This document shows, piece by piece, positions 54,003 to 61,535 of a stretch of 61,535 nt of DNA. Each line of letters starts with the position of its first letter. Positions within the stretch are counted from its first letter, which is position 1. The position numbers and the translations under genes are program-made. The notes under the pieces were generated by a model. It was not told the DNA's origin, made no database searches, and was given only the letters and a program-made list of their open reading frames with translations. This DNA is from Candidatus Cryptobacteroides fimicaballi. GTDB taxonomy: Bacteria > Bacteroidota > Bacteroidia > Bacteroidales > UBA932. Where the stretch lies: assembly GCA_018065485.1 (NCBI GenBank), contig JAGHTF010000007.1:1-61535 (forward strand). Direction: 5' to 3'.

Positions 54003-55008
54003 TGGTGTCGCGGCATTTACCCGCCAGCATTCCGCAGGCGGCAAGAATATCCTCCCCTCTCGAGGCCCGTATTGTGCAGGTGATTCCGTTCGCATTCAGA
54101 CGGTCCCGGAAAGCTTCCATAACCGCAGGTGCCGAGGTTTCGTAGGGGAAATCGGTAATTTTGTGGAAGCGGATCAGGTTCACCCGGCATTCCAGCCCTC
54201 TGAGCAGGCGTGAGAGCGCATCGGCGTGAGCCTTGTCGTCGTTCCAGCCGGCGAACATCGTATATTCGAAGCTCACCCGTCGCTGTCCGGTAAAATCGTA
54301 GCGCCTCACCAGATTCACCACCTCTTCAATGGGCCAGGCCTTCTCTACCGGCATCAGTTCCGCCCTTTCCTTTCCTATGGGATTGTGCAGGCTTACGGCC
54401 AGATGGCACTTTTGTCCGTCGAGGTAGCGGCGGAGTTCGGGCAATACGCCTATGGTGCTGACAGTTACTCTTTTGGGACTCCACCCGAAACCCCAGTCGG
54501 CAGTCAGGACATCCAGCGCGCGGGAGACTTCGCCGTAATTGTCCAGAGGCTCGCCCATCCCCATAAACACGGCATTGGTAAGTTCGCGGGATTCGCCGAT
54601 GCTCAGGAACTGGTTCAGGATTCCGGCGGCTGACAGATTCCCGTGCCAGCCCTGCCTTCCGGTCATACAGAACTTGCAGGACATCTTGCATCCCACCTGG
54701 GAACTGACGCAGAGGGTTTTGCGGTCCTCATCCGGGATCATAACCGCCTCAACTCCGGGGGCGAACAGATACTTGCGGGTACCGTCGGAAGATTCGGCAA
54801 TGCCGATGGGCGCCCCGGTTCCGAGTTCGTATTTCTCGCCTATGGCCTGCTTCGCGGCCGATGACACATTGCGCATCCCCTCCCACGAAGCGACCCTCTT
54901 ACCGTATAGCCACTGTGCAATCTGGGTTCCCACGAAAGGCTTTTGCCCGCATTCCACGGCCACCTTCTGCAACTCCGGCAGAGTCATTCCCAAAAGTTCC
55001 TTCTTCAT
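53995..55008 (-). CDS. rlmN: 23S rRNA/tRNA m2A methyltransferase RlmN
   Basis: CVSSQVGCKMSCKFC radical SAM motif, MGMGEP, SLH, AACGML. Confidence 0.95.
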   Translation of the reverse strand: MKKELLGMTLPELQKVAVECGQKPFVGTQIAQWLYGKRVASWEGMRNVSSAAKQAIGEKYELGTGAPIGIAESSDGTRKYLFAPGVEAVMIPDEDRKTLCVSSQVGCKMSCKFCMTGRQGWHGNLSAAGILNQFLSIGESRELTNAVFMGMGEPLDNYGEVSRALDVLTADWGFGWSPKRVTVSTIGVLPELRRYLDGQKCHLAVSLHNPIGKERAELMPVEKAWPIEEVVNLVRRYDFTGQRRVSFEYTMFAGWNDDKAHADALSRLLRGLECRVNLIRFHKITDFPYETSAPAVMEAFRDRLNANGITCTIRASRGEDILAACGMLAGKCRDTNE

Positions 55009-55013
55009 AAGCG

Positions 55014-55046
55014 CAAAATTAATAAATGTATTCCAAGTATGACAAA
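55014..55046 (-). promoter_or_regulatory. Bacteroidetes housekeeping promoter for rlmN
   Basis: On the - strand: TTTG (55046-55043), 21-nt spacer, TAATTTTG (55021-55014), 5 nt before the ATG. Confidence 0.6.
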
Positions 55047-55064
55047 TATTGTATGGATTTTAGA

Positions 55065-55291
55065 GCTGCGCCCTTGCCTTCGGTGCGCCCGTTGGAGCTG
55101 CCAATTCCTCCCTTGCCTGCAAGGCTCCAACGGGCCGGCCGGAAAATTCCGTAAACGTAAACCCATCCACGGGCAACGTGCCCAGAGCGCAGTCCAGGGC
55201 CACATCCCGTATACGACACCCTTTTCAAACCGGGGTGGTACACACAGGACCCGTTTATACGCGCCACACAAGGGGTCCGCGTGTACGGGAT
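55065..55291 (+). ncRNA. Unassigned structured intergenic element (candidate ncRNA)
   Basis: Nested stems: 55066-71/55187-92, perfect 12 bp 55087-98/55124-35, 55171-83 hairpin, 12 bp 55204-15/55280-91, 55217-22/55232-37, 55247-52/55273-78; GC-rich within AT-rich flanks. Confidence 0.5.
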
Positions 55292-55340
55292 TCGATTTAC
55301 AATGAAAAAAATATTATCTTGCAAGAAAAATTATTAGAAA

Positions 55341-55961
55341 ATGAGAAATGCACTTATTTTTTCAATTTTTACAATATTGCTGATTTCCTGCCAGAAGATA
55401 CCAACTTTTCCACTTGATTCCAAAGGAGCATACAAAATCGTGGAACCGGAACTGAACTCAGCCTTGGTAATATATCAAAGTAAAGGTCTTGTTCCTGCAA
55501 ATACGGAATTCACCACCTTCGCAGGGCCAGTTTTTTCTCCCGACAAACCTACGTGGATGATTGGAGCGATGATGAATTATCTTGTGAATTCTGGAGGTGC
55601 TCTGTACTTCTTTGTTGATCCGGATACCGGAGATTACACCAAATGTAAAGCGGATTCGCCGCTTCCGTATCCTGCCGATAAAAACCTCTACATTGAATGT
55701 GAATGTGTCCGGAGTGATAAATATCATATGCCTTCGGGGCTCGAAGACGAGGTTACTATGAGTAGCACTTATACAAAATCAGCGGAAATTCCTTCTGACG
55801 AAGACTATCGCAATTGGGGTATCTTGATTAGTGGTGGCTTTAGTGACGAACTTGAAGGGAATGGAAGGTCCGTTGTGTCTACTTGCTCAAGTTCAGAATC
55901 ATCTTGGGCCGATTATTTTGGTGAAGATGTGACCATACGAAAATACCTGTCTCAAGAATAA
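55341..55961 (+). pseudogene. Lipoprotein, probably an internally deleted clan CD (C13/legumain-like) peptidase
   Basis: Lipobox LISC; WGILISGG joined directly to FSDELEGNGRSVVSTCSSSESSWA, with no His/Cys catalytic core between. Confidence 0.45.
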
Positions 55962-56968
55962 TGCAGAGGTTGCTGCCAATATTCGTCTTTCTGGTAACTA
56001 CCGCTTGTGTGGAGACAGTTCATTTTGATGTCCCTAAGCATCGGGAGATAGTCGTGAACTGCGTCCTTCAAGATAGTGTTATCCAAAGTTTGTCTTTGTA
56101 TTACTCAATGACAGATTCAGATGATAAACCGATTCCTGTCGAGGAAGTGGTTTCTGCCGTTCTTAAGAAGAATGACCATATTGTAGCAGAGTTCTCACAG
56201 GGGGAAGATAAAATATGGAGAACCAAATTCTCGCCTGATTATGGAACCGTTTATGATCTTGAAATAATCCTCCCATCAGAACAGCCAATCACGGCTTCTA
56301 CGGAATTCCCGGAACCGATATCATTGTCTTTGGGGAATTCATATGAAATAGGAGAAACTCCAATTAACAGTCGCCCGCCCGACTTCTACCTTTGCTTTGC
56401 GATGGGAGAAAATAGAGGGATGCCGTTTTTAAAGAAATGCAATGCGTGGCTTCGGCTATTCATTGTCACCGATAACGGAACTTTGTTTGCAAAAAATCTC
56501 GGAGCAGATCATCCCTATGCATGGGACTCCAATCCAAGCACGTATAGTTTGGATTCCTTACGCAAGAGAAAACTTGACAGCGAACGTTGGACATACTATA
56601 GCCAATTGCTTGCTCACGTCTCCGAGCTACCATTTTATCAGGATTTCATAAGAATAACGCAACCCGCAAGTTTTTCCAGGAATCTGAGCGATGAAGAACT
56701 GAAAACAGGTGCATTCAGAAACAACACGGGCTTTCATATTGCCAGTGACATCCTGCTGGACGGCAATAACGGTTATCCCTTCTGTGCAAAAATCTTCAAT
56801 CTGTCCAATGAGTATGATAGATTTCTGTGCAGCATTTACAAGACATCCCGAAACAATATGTCAGATTTGGAGTATCTGATGGGGAAAGATAATATCTACT
56901 CAAACGTTCAAGGTGCCAAAGGGATTTTCGGCGCATTCACTGAAGTGGATTATACGGATTGGCGATGA
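55961..56968 (+). CDS. DUF4249-like lipoprotein
   Basis: Lipobox TTAC, IVVNCVL, YDLEI, C-terminal IYSNVQGAKGIFGA. Confidence 0.75.
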   Translation: MQRLLPIFVFLVTTACVETVHFDVPKHREIVVNCVLQDSVIQSLSLYYSMTDSDDKPIPVEEVVSAVLKKNDHIVAEFSQGEDKIWRTKFSPDYGTVYDLEIILPSEQPITASTEFPEPISLSLGNSYEIGETPINSRPPDFYLCFAMGENRGMPFLKKCNAWLRLFIVTDNGTLFAKNLGADHPYAWDSNPSTYSLDSLRKRKLDSERWTYYSQLLAHVSELPFYQDFIRITQPASFSRNLSDEELKTGAFRNNTGFHIASDILLDGNNGYPFCAKIFNLSNEYDRFLCSIYKTSRNNMSDLEYLMGKDNIYSNVQGAKGIFGAFTEVDYTDWR

Positions 56969-59010
56969 AAAAAATAACGTTAATAAGCGCTTTTTTCTTT
57001 ATCTGTTCTTCATTGGGAGCGCAGACTGTCGAGGGCGATACACTTTCATCTGCCAGAATTGTCAGCTACCATAACTCAACAAATAAGATTGGGACAAGAT
57101 TAATCAGCGTAGAAAGCCTGACGCCGCTCATTTCTCCAACGGGAGAAGCCGGCATTTCATCTTTTGTAAAGACTCTTCCGGGGGTATCGATGGGAGCCGA
57201 AAGTTCCACGTCGTATTATGTACGAGGCAGCAATTCGGGAAACAACGTGCAGATGCTGGATGGCATACGCATATATGGGCCCTCGCATACTCTTGGCTTT
57301 TCCAGTGCCTGGTCAATGGATATCGTCTCTGACATAACGTTCCAAAATGGAGGATTTTCAGCCGAATATGGGAATGCCAGTGCCTCCTTTCTGAGTATGA
57401 AAACAAAAGACCCGGCAGGGAAGATTTCATCCAAATTTGACCTGAGCAATTTCAGGATAAGCGGATTCTGCTCGGGAGACATCCTCCCCGGTAAAGTGTC
57501 TTTTATGGTATCTGCGGGCTATTCTCCTTTATTTCTTCTCTACAACAAACTTGGAAAGTTCTCAAAGGAGGATGACTTGAAGATGTCCGGGTCTAATGTT
57601 TATGATGTTTTTGCGAAGCTGGTATATGCGCCGGGCAATAGGGACAAGTTGAAAATGTCGGTCCTGCATACCGGCGACAGATATTCACTGGCAACTAATG
57701 CGCAGCCGTCCCAGAAATTATCTTGGAGCAATACAATACTGAATCTGACCCACAATCATAATTTCTCTGATGCACACACCTATTGTAATATTCTGTCATT
57801 CAATCATTTTGACAATAATCAGTTTGTTAAATCCGCAATGTCGGAAGGTGCCGGACTGGGATTGTCGAATATTATCAATGAAGTCAGGATCAACAGTGGT
57901 GGGGACATAAAGGTTTCCGAAATCTTTAAGGTGAAGTACGGGTTAGACCTGTCTTATTCGAACATAAATCCTGCAGCAATAAGAAACACCAACCATTCCG
58001 GAAAGGGATATAATGTTCTTGACAACGCTTTATATGCAATGATCTCCACAATTCCCGGACGAAGGGGATTGTGGCAACTTTCAGGACGCCTGAACCTATA
58101 CTCGGTTAATGGATTGGGAGATGCTGGATGGCAGACCCGTTTCGACCCCGAATTCAGCTCGCTTGCCCGAGCCCAGATAGGAAAGCATTTCGGGCTTGAA
58201 GCATCTCTTGATTACAGAACCCAATTTCTTCACTCCATAGAAGGAATACCTCTAGGTTGGTCGATGAATCTTTTTCTGCCTTCAACACAGGACAGCACTC
58301 CGGAAAAATCTCTCCAATTATATGGAGGCGGTTTTTTGCAGTTCACCAAGCATAAGATAACTCTCGGATATTACTTTAAGAGAGAGTCGAATCTGCTATA
58401 TCTCATTGATGCAGAGTCGTTATTCACAATGTCTGCCATCGATTGGAGAGAGAATCTCCGACGAGGGTCCGGAACGTCCAGAGGCATTGAATTCCTATAT
58501 GAAAAAGAAGGTGATATCCTTCGCTATAAGCTGGCATACACGTGGTCTGTAACAGACCGAATGTTCAATGGTGTCAACAATGGCCAGCCTTTTCATTCGA
58601 AGTTCGACCGAACTCATATGCTGAATGCCGACTTATCCTGCAAAATCCTACACAAAGGCAATACAACTTTGTCATTGAGCAGCCTGTTTGTATTTGAATC
58701 CGGATGCTGGGACTCCATTCAGACGAGCCGCTACACGTACTTGATGCTGCCGATAATGGATATCCCCGTTGATGTCTATTATTACAATGGCGTTAACAAT
58801 TTCCAATATCCGGACTATATCAGGTGGGACATATCGGCAAACCTTACCGTTATGTCAAAAGCTTGTCGCCACAATATCGATATAGGCATTTACAATGTGC
58901 TGAACCGTCACAATCCCTTTTCCATCAGATACGACTACGAGAGCCGAAGGTGGACTCAGATATCGTTGTTCCCGATATTGCCCACAATCCACTATTCCAT
59001 CAGCTTTTAA
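56965..59010 (+). CDS. TonB-dependent receptor (plug + barrel)
   Basis: Signal peptide, KTLPGVS, YVRGS..N..LDG plug motifs, GGFSAEYG, YNVLNR, C-terminal F. Confidence 0.85.
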   Translation: MKKITLISAFFFICSSLGAQTVEGDTLSSARIVSYHNSTNKIGTRLISVESLTPLISPTGEAGISSFVKTLPGVSMGAESSTSYYVRGSNSGNNVQMLDGIRIYGPSHTLGFSSAWSMDIVSDITFQNGGFSAEYGNASASFLSMKTKDPAGKISSKFDLSNFRISGFCSGDILPGKVSFMVSAGYSPLFLLYNKLGKFSKEDDLKMSGSNVYDVFAKLVYAPGNRDKLKMSVLHTGDRYSLATNAQPSQKLSWSNTILNLTHNHNFSDAHTYCNILSFNHFDNNQFVKSAMSEGAGLGLSNIINEVRINSGGDIKVSEIFKVKYGLDLSYSNINPAAIRNTNHSGKGYNVLDNALYAMISTIPGRRGLWQLSGRLNLYSVNGLGDAGWQTRFDPEFSSLARAQIGKHFGLEASLDYRTQFLHSIEGIPLGWSMNLFLPSTQDSTPEKSLQLYGGGFLQFTKHKITLGYYFKRESNLLYLIDAESLFTMSAIDWRENLRRGSGTSRGIEFLYEKEGDILRYKLAYTWSVTDRMFNGVNNGQPFHSKFDRTHMLNADLSCKILHKGNTTLSLSSLFVFESGCWDSIQTSRYTYLMLPIMDIPVDVYYYNGVNNFQYPDYIRWDISANLTVMSKACRHNIDIGIYNVLNRHNPFSIRYDYESRRWTQISLFPILPTIHYSISF

Positions 59011-59029
59011 TATTCCCCTGCCTTCTTCC

Positions 59030-61152
<2,123 letters not shown>

Positions 61153-61315
61153 AATGTTTTAGTTTAAAGTGATTGAGCAAAGTTAATGAAATCGGGGGAA
61201 TTCTTCAACACATTTTCGGTCATATGACATTTTTTGAAAAAATTTTTCCGCCATGTTTCATCTACCCTTCACCGCCGCCTTGCACATACGCGAATCATTC
61301 GCGTTTGTACGAAAA

Positions 61316-61337
61316 ATCATCCGTGCAGGCGAATGAA
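61316..61337. repeat. 22-bp imperfect palindrome (REP-like), copy 3
   Basis: ATCATCCGT-GCAG-GCGAATGAA; reverse complement of 61314-61338 matches 286-310 at 20/25 by eye. Confidence 0.55.
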
Positions 61338-61535
61338 CTATTGCCTCCGCCTATATTGCAGAGGCGTAATGCCGGTCTTTGCCTTGAAGAATTTGCATAG
61401 GAAACTGCTGCCGGGAAAATCCAGCCGGTCTGCGATCTGCGACACCGATAAGTCCGAATGACGCAACAATACCTTTATCTCCGTAATTACTGCATTGTCT
61501 ATGATGCTTTTCACAGACTGACCGCTTGACTCTTT
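61338..61535 (-). CDS. AraC family transcriptional regulator (3' part; runs off the window)
   Basis: Manual translation: KESSGQSVKSIIDNAVITEIKVLLRHSDLSVSQIADRLDFPGSSFLCKFFKAKTGITPLQYRRRQ*, an AraC C-terminal HTH. Confidence 0.88.
   Translation of the reverse strand, partial: KESSGQSVKSIIDNAVITEIKVLLRHSDLSVSQIADRLDFPGSSFLCKFFKAKTGITPLQYRRRQ

Noticed and set aside
55231-55291. Superficial TPP riboswitch resemblance (GGGGTG...ACCCGTT...GGGA)
   Set aside because: Lacks the conserved CUGAGA and ACCUGA elements; RNase P, tmRNA and SRP signatures are also absent.
55005-55417. Short ORFs over the rlmN upstream region
   Set aside because: Non-protein-like composition, mutually overlapping, and better explained by the GC-rich structured element.

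Overview
A Bacteroidales chromosome segment (TAnnTTTG promoters, a TonB-dependent receptor, type V pilus genes; gut/rumen origin is my inference). It is mostly housekeeping: fur-rubrerythrin, nadE, hpt-adk-folP, potABCD-nupG-tgt-lptG-dut-murF, secA, tRNA-Gly, trpB2, a complete pyrC-carA-carB-pyrK-pyrD-pyrF-pyrE-pyrB operon, DAHP synthase/chorismate mutase, rnhA-pdxA, rlmN-recX and recA-trpS. Two AT-richer accessory blocks are present: an ssb-led type V pilus cluster and a lipoprotein/DUF4249/TonB-receptor cluster. The most unusual items are: (1) a single ORF fusing an RhaT rhamnose/H+ symporter to a GH78 alpha-L-rhamnosidase; (2) a full-length CarA lacking both glutaminase catalytic residues (Cys to Gly, His to Cys), suggesting an ammonia-only carbamoyl-phosphate synthetase; (3) PyrB fused to only the PyrI zinc domain; (4) a ~230-nt GC-rich, multi-stem intergenic element at 55065-55291 that I cannot assign to any RNA family; (5) a candidate sRNA after trpB2, a dispersed 22-bp palindrome family and a probable IS21-type end at the left edge. 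Family assignments come from motif recognition only; no database searches were run.
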